Shown: positions 10,147 to 18,726 of the stretch, piece by piece
Numbering within the stretch: position 1 is the first letter of the stretch
Layout: each line of letters begins with the position of its first letter
IMG/VR virus record: IMGVR_UViG_3300021425_000020
Direction: 5' to 3' (one strand)
Length of the DNA: 20,000 nucleotides
From: an uncultured virus (IMG/VR IMGVR_UViG_3300021425_000020)
Taxonomy: Duplodnaviria; Heunggongvirae; Uroviricota; Caudoviricetes
Made by a program: the position numbers and the translations under genes
Notes under the pieces: generated by a model
The model's input: the letters and a program-made list of their open reading frames with translations, nothing else
Told to the model about the DNA's origin: nothing
The model's database searches: none

Positions 10147-10152
10147 CCTCCT
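10147..10152 (-). promoter_or_regulatory. Shine-Dalgarno site of gene B
   Basis: AGGAGG followed by 8 nt (CAGCCTTA), then ATG at 10138. Confidence 0.9.
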
Positions 10153-10184
10153 ATTTAGGTACGGGTCAAGTTAAAAAACGCCCA

Positions 10185-10213
10185 AACTACACGATAAAAA
10201 TCGTTGTACAGTT
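10185..10213 (-). other. Intergenic stem-loop
   Basis: Core ACGAT-TTTT-ATCGT (10191-10204), extendable with bulges to AACT...AGTT. There is no directly adjacent U-tract, so it is not called a terminator. Confidence 0.45.
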
Positions 10214-10220
10214 ATTTATC
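10213..10220 (-). promoter_or_regulatory. Putative T4-type late promoter (GATAAATA)
   Basis: Minus strand reads GATAAATA in the only sizeable intergenic gap, ~75 nt upstream of the gene B start. It matches the T4 gp55 late consensus TATAAATA at 7 of 8 positions. Confidence 0.6.
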
Positions 10221-10239
10221 ATAGGAGTAGAATGGCGGC

Positions 10240-13200
10240 TTAGAACTCGCCGCCATCTATAGTATCAGTCCAAATAGGAGTGTCATCTCCACCGTCTGTG
10301 ACAGTCAATATTTGGAAACTGTTACTAGTGTCTGCACTTCCTGCTGCATCAGTAACTAACAATTGATCTGATCCATTACCGTAAACGATACCATTTGGAA
10401 CAAAATTACTTCTGCCTGTGCCGCCATATTGCACTTCTAAATCAGTTGTTAGTGTTAGTGTACCTGCATTAAGATCAGTAACAGTAATTATGTTGTTTAT
10501 AGCATCCAACATTTCGGTGCTATCATCAGCAAATACACTGCCTCTAAATCCTGATGCATCAAGTATACCTGTAACAAACAAGTTTTGATCAATTTGTACA
10601 TCTGTGCTAAATGTACTTGTTGTTTCGCTTAGTCTTAATTTTTCAACACCTGCTGTACCTGCATCCATTGTTCTAAAGACCATGTCAAAGTCTTCTTGAG
10701 TGCCTGTAATATCTTGCGAAACAATTTCAATTTGTCCACCAATTTCAAAATTATCATTTGTAGTTTCTAATTCAAACTTGATACCTGTACCCGAGCCTGC
10801 AACAATAGAGCCACTTACTGTGTGATGTGCAAATGTCATCGGATATACAATATCATCTGCTGCACTATCGGGTGCATTTGCAATCAATTTAATTGTGTCA
10901 GGAGTTTCAATTGTTTCTGCATTGATAATAATTTTATCACTACCAAGATCTGTTAGTGTCAATATACCGTTGTTATCGCCACTTATAAATCCACCTACGT
11001 GTAAATTCTTAGTTATTGCAACACCGCCTGCTACAGTCAATGCACCAGTATCAATGTCTGTGCTTTGTGTATCATTTGCAATATTAACAATGTTAGAAGA
11101 TTCAATATTGAATTCAGTATTGCTTAGTGTTGCTCTTTTGATTCCACCTGTAAAGAAGTCTAGTTCATCGTTATCAGCACCTGGACTATCTTCTGCTACA
11201 ATTTTTGTATCTTGGTCAACATCAATAACACCGCCTAATGTGTTCCAAGCAATACCGTCGTATCCTTCAAAAGCATTTAAACTTGTGTTAAATCTAATTC
11301 TACCTGTAACATCTGCAGGACGATCTCCTGTTGTACCAACTGGAATTTGCAAACCAGCTACACTATCTATAATAACAACTTCGTTACCAATTGTTAATGT
11401 ACCAGTAGCACCACCTAAATTTAATGTTGTTGCATCGCCAAATGCGTTTACAGTTGTAGCATTCGAATTTATTACATCAAACGAAGTAGATGTAGTTGTA
11501 ATATTGTTACCGTTAACTTTTAAGTTGCGATCTGCAACTAGGTCACGATCTGCTACAATATCGATTCCAGAATGTATATTCTGTTGAGCACTTAAACCAC
11601 CTGTAATTTGAACTGCACCAGATGTACTGTCAGTAGCATTTGTGTTATTTTCAATAATCAACTTAGGAGTTGATCCTAATAAGATTTGTTCATTGCCGTC
11701 TGTGGTATAAATGTTTAGATATTCGCTAATATTTTCGTGAATTCTAAAATTGTTTATAGCATCATCAGGAATATCAATATCAACAGGACCTTTAAACTGA
11801 TGACTGTTAACAGCTCTATCAGATCCAAGTATGACATTTCCTTCTATATTAGCATCGCCGCCTGCATTGATTGCACCTTCAATACCAACACCGCCATCAA
11901 CAATTAGTGCACCTGTATCTTTATTTTCACTAATAGTTTGGTTAGCAATAATAACATTTGGTTGTTGTCCAAATGTAATAGATTCTTCGCCTTCTCTAGT
12001 GTTAATACTTACATAATCTTCAGTACCTTCTGTGATACTATAGGCTTGAAGTGTTTCGTCAGGTATACTGATAGCTACATCGCCATCAAATACAAGATTA
12101 CCATTTACCGTTAAAACACCTTCGACAGTTACGTCTGGGTTAATAGTTACTGTGCCTGTAGCAGCACCTATATTAATTGTAGTTGCATCTCCAAATGCAT
12201 TTACAGTAGTTGCATCTGTATTAACTAAATTAAAGGTAGTTTCAGTGGTAGTAATATCGCCGCCATTAACTGCTAAATCACCAGTCATACTTACATCACC
12301 GGTAATATCGCCGCCTGTTAATTTATTTAGATATCTAGCCTCTACATAATTTACAACAGCTCTCTGTGTAGGAGCAGTTTGGAAATCTGGAGTACCTAAA
12401 CTAGATAAAAGAGCATCGTTATCACTTACTTCTTTTAATTCGACACCAACTGGTACACCGTTTCGTATAAATGGTCCAACACTAGTCAGGCCTTCTAAGT
12501 CAATTTCGTTTGCGTTTAAGCTAATACCACCTGTAAGTGCATTTACTGCAAAGAAGTTACCAACTCTAAAGTTACCAATTTGGTCAACTGTACCGCCTGC
12601 AAAGATTTTACCTTGATTCGATTCAACAATCTCTTTTTCTGGTACAGCAGTACCGCCAAAGAATGGAAGTGCGTTATAGGTTACACCTGCACCCACATAT
12701 TCAAATGCATGACCCGAAGTACTTACAGTACTAACGTTGTTCAAATTCGCTAATTTGTCAGTTGTTACACTGATTACACCAGGGAATACGTTAATATCAA
12801 ATATACCACCAAACTCTAAATTCAATGCACTAATTGAATTATCTACAATTTCGTCTTCTGCATCAAGAATTGCTTCTCGTTCAGTAAGATAAATTGAATT
12901 ACCTAATGTTAAATCATGTTCTCTTTCAAACCAATCTCCCATTGCTTTTTCTTCGATTGCATCGGCAACACGTTTAATTAACAACTCTAGTTCTGCACCA
13001 GGCAAGTCTCCTGTGTCTAACAGTGTACTTCCATCTGGAATAGTAAGTGTTTGTGTAGTAGTGTTACCAAAGCTTCTAGTAACTTCTTCGTTTTTAGAAA
13101 CTTTATTTGTAATTTCAGCCAAATATTTGTTAGCATAAGCAGTAATACCGGTCTGATCTGCATAATCTGTATTTGTTAATCCAGATAAAATAGCACCATT

Positions 13201-16200
13201 ATAATATGCTAGTGCAGCTCTACGAGATTGTTTGTCGCCGCCGTATACCATATCATAAACCGCAGCATCGATAATATACCCTGTATCTCTTTTACATTTT
13301 TCAATATTGTATTCAAAACCAATAATATTTTGTTCAATGTATTTTATAGTTTCATTTTGGAAGTAAGTTTTCTGTCCAAAAAATACAGCAGCAGCGTCTC
13401 TCTGAGCTTCTGAAATCCATGTATAGTTTGGTTCAATCTCAGCAGGTGTACCTAATAAAGATTGAGTTTGTACTGCGGTTTTTATAATACCAATTAAGTC
13501 TGTAAATGTAGTTGCAACTGCTGCATCGCCGTAATTGCCACCTAACACTTGAGACTCTGTGTTACCTGTAGTCGGAATAACTGCAACACCTTGAATACAG
13601 TCATCTATTACACTTTGTAAATGTGTGTAAGCTTCAACCGTTGGTGTAACTTGTTCATTAGGCAAGTATTTGTTTGTTCCTAAGAAATATGCTCTAGTTG
13701 CAATCAATGTGCTAATATTTGCTTCATAGAATGCATCGTGAACAACAGCATCAATAATGTATCCTGTGTCTTCTTTACATTTGTCTTGATTATAACTAAA
13801 TCCGTTGTAAGTTGTGTTAATATAATCAATTGTATCATCAATAATTGTTTGTTTTTCATCAAACAAGTTACTAATACCATCTACTACGTCAGTTGCAACA
13901 AACTGTGCATAGTCTGGCTTTTCTTCATCTGGTAACTGATCTAGTCCATCTGTAATTACATCTTGAATAATTTGCAATAGGTTTTGTGCTCTTGCAACTT
14001 CTGTAGCAGTACCAGCACCGTTGGTTAAATCTTGAGATTCAACACTTTGCCAAGTGTAATCTACTGCTGTATCTTCAATGATGTTTTCTAAAATAGTTGC
14101 AGTATATTCAAGTGCTTTTGCAGTTTCGGCTTTTTGTCCGTCAACCTGTGTTTGCGTTCCAACCCAGTAACTGCGAGCTGCACCTAATGTTGCGCTATTG
14201 CCACCATAAAGAATATCATAAGTTAATGCATCAACAATGTATTTTGTATCTCTATCACATTTTGTACTATCAAAATTAAAACCAGTAAAGGTATCTTGAA
14301 TAAATTCTGTTGTTGCAGTTTGTAAATTAGATTTTTGTGCAGTAATTGTACTATAATCTTGTTGTAATTCTGCTGTTGTCCAAGTTACAGAAGGCAGTAT
14401 TTCGTCACCTAATGGATTAACATTGTCATATCCATTTATATGATCAATGATAATTTGGACTAGTTCTGCTAGATCATCTGCTTCGCTGCTACTTGCAGGT
14501 CCGTATGTACTTGTATCTTGCGATTCTGTATTGCCTACAGTAGGTGTAATTGCAATACCTTGAATAACATCCGGTATAACATTTTCAGCTAGGTGAATAT
14601 ATGCATTAGTAGTCGGAGTTAACTGATCTACTGGCAATTGTGCTACTGCACCTTCAAAGTAACTTGCAGCAACTTGTCTAGTTGCACTGTTACCACCATA
14701 TAGGATATCGTGAGTAAGACCGTCAACAATGTATCTTACATCTCTTGCACATTTGTCTTGATCATATCCTGCTGGTGGAGTATTAGCATTTACATATGCA
14801 ACAAGTTCTTGTGTAATAAATTCTCTATTTGCTTGCAATTGATTCTTTGCATCAATTAAGTCTTGATTAGCACCTACTGGATTTGTAAATGTAATAGCAT
14901 CGGCAGCCGCATCGGTACTTACAACACCATTTTCAAAAATATCAATTACTTCATTAAATGCTGCCAGTGCTCTAGCTTCACCGATGTCACTTAAACCTTT
15001 TTCTACTGTTTCTTTACGTGCAAATCTAAATGCCTCTAATGTTTGTAAACTTTGTGCTTCTTTGTTAGTTACTGCTGTTGCACGTGAGTATGCAAGTCCT
15101 GCTGTTACAGCATTGTAATTTGTTCCTAATGCAACGTCTTTAGCAACAGCATCAATTATTAACCCAATGTCTCTTTCACACTTTGCACTATCGTATGTAA
15201 AGTTTACATAGTTTTCATTAATGTAAGCAACAGTTTCTGCAGCAATAAACGCACGGTTAGCTTGTAATTGAGACTTTGCATTTACTTCGCCTGTTGTAGC
15301 TGTTGATGGATCAGTAAATGTTAACGGATCAGCAGCTTGCGGAGTGCTTACTGCACCGTTTTGAATAATGTCAATTACTTCGTCAAACGCTGCTTCTACA
15401 TCAGATTGCGAAGGTGAGTGTGTTGTTGCATCACTTGATCTACTTTTTGCAAATTGTATACCAGCAATAGTTTCTGTATTTTGATCACTTAGAACATATG
15501 CACTATTTGCTCTTTGGTATGCTAAACCTGCTGTAACCTGATTGTAATTAGTTCCTAGTAAAGTATCGTATGCTGCTGCATCAATAATTAAACCTGTATC
15601 TCGTTCGCATTTTGACTCATCATATACAAAATAGTTGTCATTGATATATGCAACAACTTCTTCTTGTAAGAAAGTTTTGTTTGCAAGAACTTGGTCAACA
15701 CCAAATATTAATTCGTTGCTTGCAGGACCAGGATCTGGATATTCAATACCAGAACTAGGCAATTGATCAAATTCAATAATATTTAGGACAATATTCCATC
15801 TATCCTCAATAGCATCTTTTATTAAATTATTATTAGTAACAGATGCAACCCCTAGTTTTTTTGCATACTTTAATGCTAGTATTGTTGCTGGTTTTTGTTC
15901 AACATTCAAATAAGCAGTATTTGCCCTACTATATGCTAATCCTGCTTGTATACTATTGTGATTGGTTCCTAAAAGAATATCTCTATTAATTGCATCTACA
16001 ATGTATCCTACATCTCGTTTACATTTTTCTTGATCGTATGTAAGTGTTGGATTATTTTGTAAATTGTATGCAATTGCATCCTTTATAAATCCATCTCTAC
16101 GTGCAGCAATAATATCTGCTGCGGTAATTTGTAATTCTGGTTCATCCTCATATAGAGGATATGTTTTTGTTGCAGGCAATCTTGCTAGGGTAAGATTGTC

Positions 16201-18726
16201 AATCATATCTTCAACATTGAATAACAAACTATCTAAGAAATCTGATTCACTCTGTGTTGCATTATTACTAGTAAAATCTTGTGTTTCTGCATTTCCATCT
16301 GTTTTTGTTACTGACAAGCCTCTTACTACACGCCCAATAACAAATCTCATTCTTGCATATGCATTTACAATTGCATTTCTATTGTTTGGAGTGATTGCTG
16401 TAAAATCAAGATTGTTCCAGTAGTATTTGGCTTCTTGTACAGTACTGCTATTACCGCCATATAACACATCAAACGTCATTGCATCAATAATGCGTTCAAA
16501 GTCTAATTTATAATCGTCTTCGTCAAAACTAAACCCTGGTACTTCTGTTTGAATAAATGTAACAAATTCTTCTAACAAAAAGTCTTTGTTTGCTTGTAAT
16601 TGGTCTTTAGCATCAGCTCTATTTTGGTCAACACCAGCGTGTTCTGGGAAAACAATAACATTTGCTGAACTATCGCCGTCATCGACAATATTCATAAATT
16701 GATTAAAGCCTTCTTTAACATTTGCTAATGCAATACTACTTGCTTGTACGTCAGCAAGTCCTTCAAATGCATTACTTAGATATCTAAAACTTGATAATAG
16801 AAGATTTTTAAATCTTGTACGATATTCGTATTCTTGCGCAAGTCTTATAATCTGCTGATTACTTTCTAATACAGCAAACATTTGAATACCATTAATTAAA
16901 TTGGTCATGTCTTCTGTGTATGTAGCTTGATTGTAACTTAATTCCGTAAACTGATCGTTAACATATGCTGCTACTTCTTCTACTAAAAATTCTCTATTTT
17001 CAAAAACATTGTTCTTTGCAGCAATTCTTGCAGGATCAATAGTGTTGAGATCGTTAAAAGTATCTGCAATATCATTTTGGTTATTAGGTTGTACACTACT
17101 ATCACCTTCACCTAGTGTGCTTGTAATAATATTAAACAAATAATCTATTTGTTCTTCCATAGCAAGATTTGAAGTTACAGCTTTCATTTCATCTCTAGCT
17201 GCTTCTATACCGTAGATTGTAGGATTAAGTTGATCCGATAAAACTTTGCTAGATGTTGATCTAAGATAGCTTGTAGCAGCAGCCTGTGTTTGATATTCTG
17301 TACCTAAAACAATATCAGCTGTTACAGCATCTATAATTCTTCTTAAATCTCGTCTACACACTTCTTCGTCATAAACAAATGGTGGATTAACTTGATTAGT
17401 ACCTGTAATATAATAATATGTAGGATCAGAATCAAATTTAATAATACTACCAGTTTGGGGTTTATCTCTTAAACTATTAAGTCTAATAGTAACATTAGTT
17501 GCTAGATTTACCGTACCAGTTGCTTGAGCAGATGCATCACCTCCACTAAAAGAGATTAGAGGTACACTTGTATATCCACTACCTGCATTTTGAATGGTAA
17601 CAGCAGCTAATCGTCCTGTTGTTGTATCAATTGATGCAGTTGCAGTAGCTTGAACACCATCAGGCTTGGATGGCGGTTCAATTGTAACTGTAGGAGCACT
17701 TGTATAATTTGCTCCTGGAGTGTTTATTGTAACACTAGCAACAGTACTATAGTAATCTTGCTGTGCTCTGGCTGTTGTATAAGCTTGCGGAAAGAATCCA
17801 TCTGCTTCGATACCCACTAAACCAAAGTCAGATACCGAGTTCGAGATTGATAGATATCCACCTCTTGTTGTTTTAAAACCAACACTACAAAATACAGAGA
17901 AACAACTAACAATTTGTGTGTATCCAAAGTTATCAATCCAAAAACCGATTCCGCCTTGAGCAATTTGTGTAAATGCATCAGCAACAAACGAAAATACTAA
18001 ACTTGCTGGATCGTATGCATTACCGTCGACATAAATTCCACCACCGCCGCCTGTATCGTTAATTTGTTTATCAAAGGGCAAATCTGGAAAATCTTCTACA
18101 ATAAGTGGTCTTGCGCCAGGTTCAATGCCAGGTATTTGAACAGTTTCAAACGGAATAAATTCTGTACCATCGTTAAGCCAAGGTCCGTTCATGTTTGTAC
18201 AGTTTTGCACATATGGAGATGTTGTTACTAGAGCACCTTCTCTAATTTCTGCACACCAACCTGGATAGCGTAGTCCTCTAAATGTAAGTTGAAACAAGTA
18301 ACAGCCATTACCCATTTTAAATATAGTTTGTGTATTGTTCCTAGGAAAAATTCTTGTGTTTCTTAATTCGCCTTGACCTTTGATTGTAACAAAGTCTGGC
18401 ATAATAATTGGATTTTCTTCGTAGTAATCGCCTGGAGCAACAATAATTGTTGTGCCAGATTGTGCTGCTTGCACTGCACTTTTAATAGTTGCTTTTGCAC
18501 CATCAGGTCCTGCACTCCTACCGTCATTTAAATCATTGCCGTCTTGTGTAACATAAAGTATATCTGTAACTTCAGGACCGCTTGTATTTCCAGTTACCGT
18601 AAGATCGCCTTCTATCTTTACCTTGCCACCAGCTGGTTCAATTAATACTTCGCCATCTGCTGTTAAGGTTACACTTTGATCTCCAATTAATCTACTATGT
18701 AACGACTGTCTTTTAAAATATTCCAT
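10240..18726 (-). CDS. Giant acidic virion structural protein A (2828 aa). Order: N-terminal pectin-lyase-like beta-helix, GSGYT-type beta repeats, 10 CxRD helical repeats, fibre-like C-terminal third ending IDGGEF
   Basis: ORF track. Motifs YVTQDGNDLNDG..ATIKSA..VAPGDYYEENP, TTSPYVQN, SGHAFEYVGAG..YNALP and IPVGTTGDRP..GRIRFN..FEGYDG..W..LGG resemble large structural proteins of T4-like aquatic phages (recognised from memory, not searched). Confidence 0.93.
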   Translation of the reverse strand: MEYFKRQSLHSRLIGDQSVTLTADGEVLIEPAGGKVKIEGDLTVTGNTSGPEVTDILYVTQDGNDLNDGRSAGPDGAKATIKSAVQAAQSGTTIIVAPGDYYEENPIIMPDFVTIKGQGELRNTRIFPRNNTQTIFKMGNGCYLFQLTFRGLRYPGWCAEIREGALVTTSPYVQNCTNMNGPWLNDGTEFIPFETVQIPGIEPGARPLIVEDFPDLPFDKQINDTGGGGGIYVDGNAYDPASLVFSFVADAFTQIAQGGIGFWIDNFGYTQIVSCFSVFCSVGFKTTRGGYLSISNSVSDFGLVGIEADGFFPQAYTTARAQQDYYSTVASVTINTPGANYTSAPTVTIEPPSKPDGVQATATASIDTTTGRLAAVTIQNAGSGYTSVPLISFSGGDASAQATGTVNLATNVTIRLNSLRDKPQTGSIIKFDSDPTYYYITGTNQVNPPFVYDEEVCRRDLRRIIDAVTADIVLGTEYQTQAAATSYLRSTSSKVLSDQLNPTIYGIEAARDEMKAVTSNLAMEEQIDYLFNIITSTLGEGDSSVQPNNQNDIADTFNDLNTIDPARIAAKNNVFENREFLVEEVAAYVNDQFTELSYNQATYTEDMTNLINGIQMFAVLESNQQIIRLAQEYEYRTRFKNLLLSSFRYLSNAFEGLADVQASSIALANVKEGFNQFMNIVDDGDSSANVIVFPEHAGVDQNRADAKDQLQANKDFLLEEFVTFIQTEVPGFSFDEDDYKLDFERIIDAMTFDVLYGGNSSTVQEAKYYWNNLDFTAITPNNRNAIVNAYARMRFVIGRVVRGLSVTKTDGNAETQDFTSNNATQSESDFLDSLLFNVEDMIDNLTLARLPATKTYPLYEDEPELQITAADIIAARRDGFIKDAIAYNLQNNPTLTYDQEKCKRDVGYIVDAINRDILLGTNHNSIQAGLAYSRANTAYLNVEQKPATILALKYAKKLGVASVTNNNLIKDAIEDRWNIVLNIIEFDQLPSSGIEYPDPGPASNELIFGVDQVLANKTFLQEEVVAYINDNYFVYDESKCERDTGLIIDAAAYDTLLGTNYNQVTAGLAYQRANSAYVLSDQNTETIAGIQFAKSRSSDATTHSPSQSDVEAAFDEVIDIIQNGAVSTPQAADPLTFTDPSTATTGEVNAKSQLQANRAFIAAETVAYINENYVNFTYDSAKCERDIGLIIDAVAKDVALGTNYNAVTAGLAYSRATAVTNKEAQSLQTLEAFRFARKETVEKGLSDIGEARALAAFNEVIDIFENGVVSTDAAADAITFTNPVGANQDLIDAKNQLQANREFITQELVAYVNANTPPAGYDQDKCARDVRYIVDGLTHDILYGGNSATRQVAASYFEGAVAQLPVDQLTPTTNAYIHLAENVIPDVIQGIAITPTVGNTESQDTSTYGPASSSEADDLAELVQIIIDHINGYDNVNPLGDEILPSVTWTTAELQQDYSTITAQKSNLQTATTEFIQDTFTGFNFDSTKCDRDTKYIVDALTYDILYGGNSATLGAARSYWVGTQTQVDGQKAETAKALEYTATILENIIEDTAVDYTWQSVESQDLTNGAGTATEVARAQNLLQIIQDVITDGLDQLPDEEKPDYAQFVATDVVDGISNLFDEKQTIIDDTIDYINTTYNGFSYNQDKCKEDTGYIIDAVVHDAFYEANISTLIATRAYFLGTNKYLPNEQVTPTVEAYTHLQSVIDDCIQGVAVIPTTGNTESQVLGGNYGDAAVATTFTDLIGIIKTAVQTQSLLGTPAEIEPNYTWISEAQRDAAAVFFGQKTYFQNETIKYIEQNIIGFEYNIEKCKRDTGYIIDAAVYDMVYGGDKQSRRAALAYYNGAILSGLTNTDYADQTGITAYANKYLAEITNKVSKNEEVTRSFGNTTTQTLTIPDGSTLLDTGDLPGAELELLIKRVADAIEEKAMGDWFEREHDLTLGNSIYLTEREAILDAEDEIVDNSISALNLEFGGIFDINVFPGVISVTTDKLANLNNVSTVSTSGHAFEYVGAGVTYNALPFFGGTAVPEKEIVESNQGKIFAGGTVDQIGNFRVGNFFAVNALTGGISLNANEIDLEGLTSVGPFIRNGVPVGVELKEVSDNDALLSSLGTPDFQTAPTQRAVVNYVEARYLNKLTGGDITGDVSMTGDLAVNGGDITTTETTFNLVNTDATTVNAFGDATTINIGAATGTVTINPDVTVEGVLTVNGNLVFDGDVAISIPDETLQAYSITEGTEDYVSINTREGEESITFGQQPNVIIANQTISENKDTGALIVDGGVGIEGAINAGGDANIEGNVILGSDRAVNSHQFKGPVDIDIPDDAINNFRIHENISEYLNIYTTDGNEQILLGSTPKLIIENNTNATDSTSGAVQITGGLSAQQNIHSGIDIVADRDLVADRNLKVNGNNITTTSTSFDVINSNATTVNAFGDATTLNLGGATGTLTIGNEVVIIDSVAGLQIPVGTTGDRPADVTGRIRFNTSLNAFEGYDGIAWNTLGGVIDVDQDTKIVAEDSPGADNDELDFFTGGIKRATLSNTEFNIESSNIVNIANDTQSTDIDTGALTVAGGVAITKNLHVGGFISGDNNGILTLTDLGSDKIIINAETIETPDTIKLIANAPDSAADDIVYPMTFAHHTVSGSIVAGSGTGIKFELETTNDNFEIGGQIEIVSQDITGTQEDFDMVFRTMDAGTAGVEKLRLSETTSTFSTDVQIDQNLFVTGILDASGFRGSVFADDSTEMLDAINNIITVTDLNAGTLTLTTDLEVQYGGTGRSNFVPNGIVYGNGSDQLLVTDAAGSADTSNSFQILTVTDGGDDTPIWTDTIDGGEF
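12810..17375 (-). repeat. Array of 10 protein-level helical repeats (136-164 aa) in gene A, core Y(D/N)xxKCxRDxxxI(I/V)DAxxxDxxxG(G/T)N
   Basis: Motif Cys (or equivalent) codons at 17356, 16918 (Tyr), 16510 (Tyr), 16021, 15607, 15178, 14749, 14257, 13777 and 13294. Confidence 0.92.
17790..18565 (-). other. Pectin-lyase-like parallel beta-helix region of gene A
   Basis: YV..DGND.NDG...TIK.A...TIIVAPGDY.E capping motif, followed by short beta/turn units (FWIDNFGYTQIVSCFSVFC, GGYLSISNSVSDFG). Confidence 0.7.

Noticed and set aside
10165..10213. Rho-independent terminator after gene A
   Set aside because: The hairpin is AT-rich and the T6 run is separated from it by about 6 nt, so it is too weak to call.
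10895..16423. Plus-strand ORFs opposite gene A (10895..11587, 11831..12016, 12152..12349, 16064..16423 and others)
   Set aside because: Same antisense-shadow effect, with no recognisable protein features.
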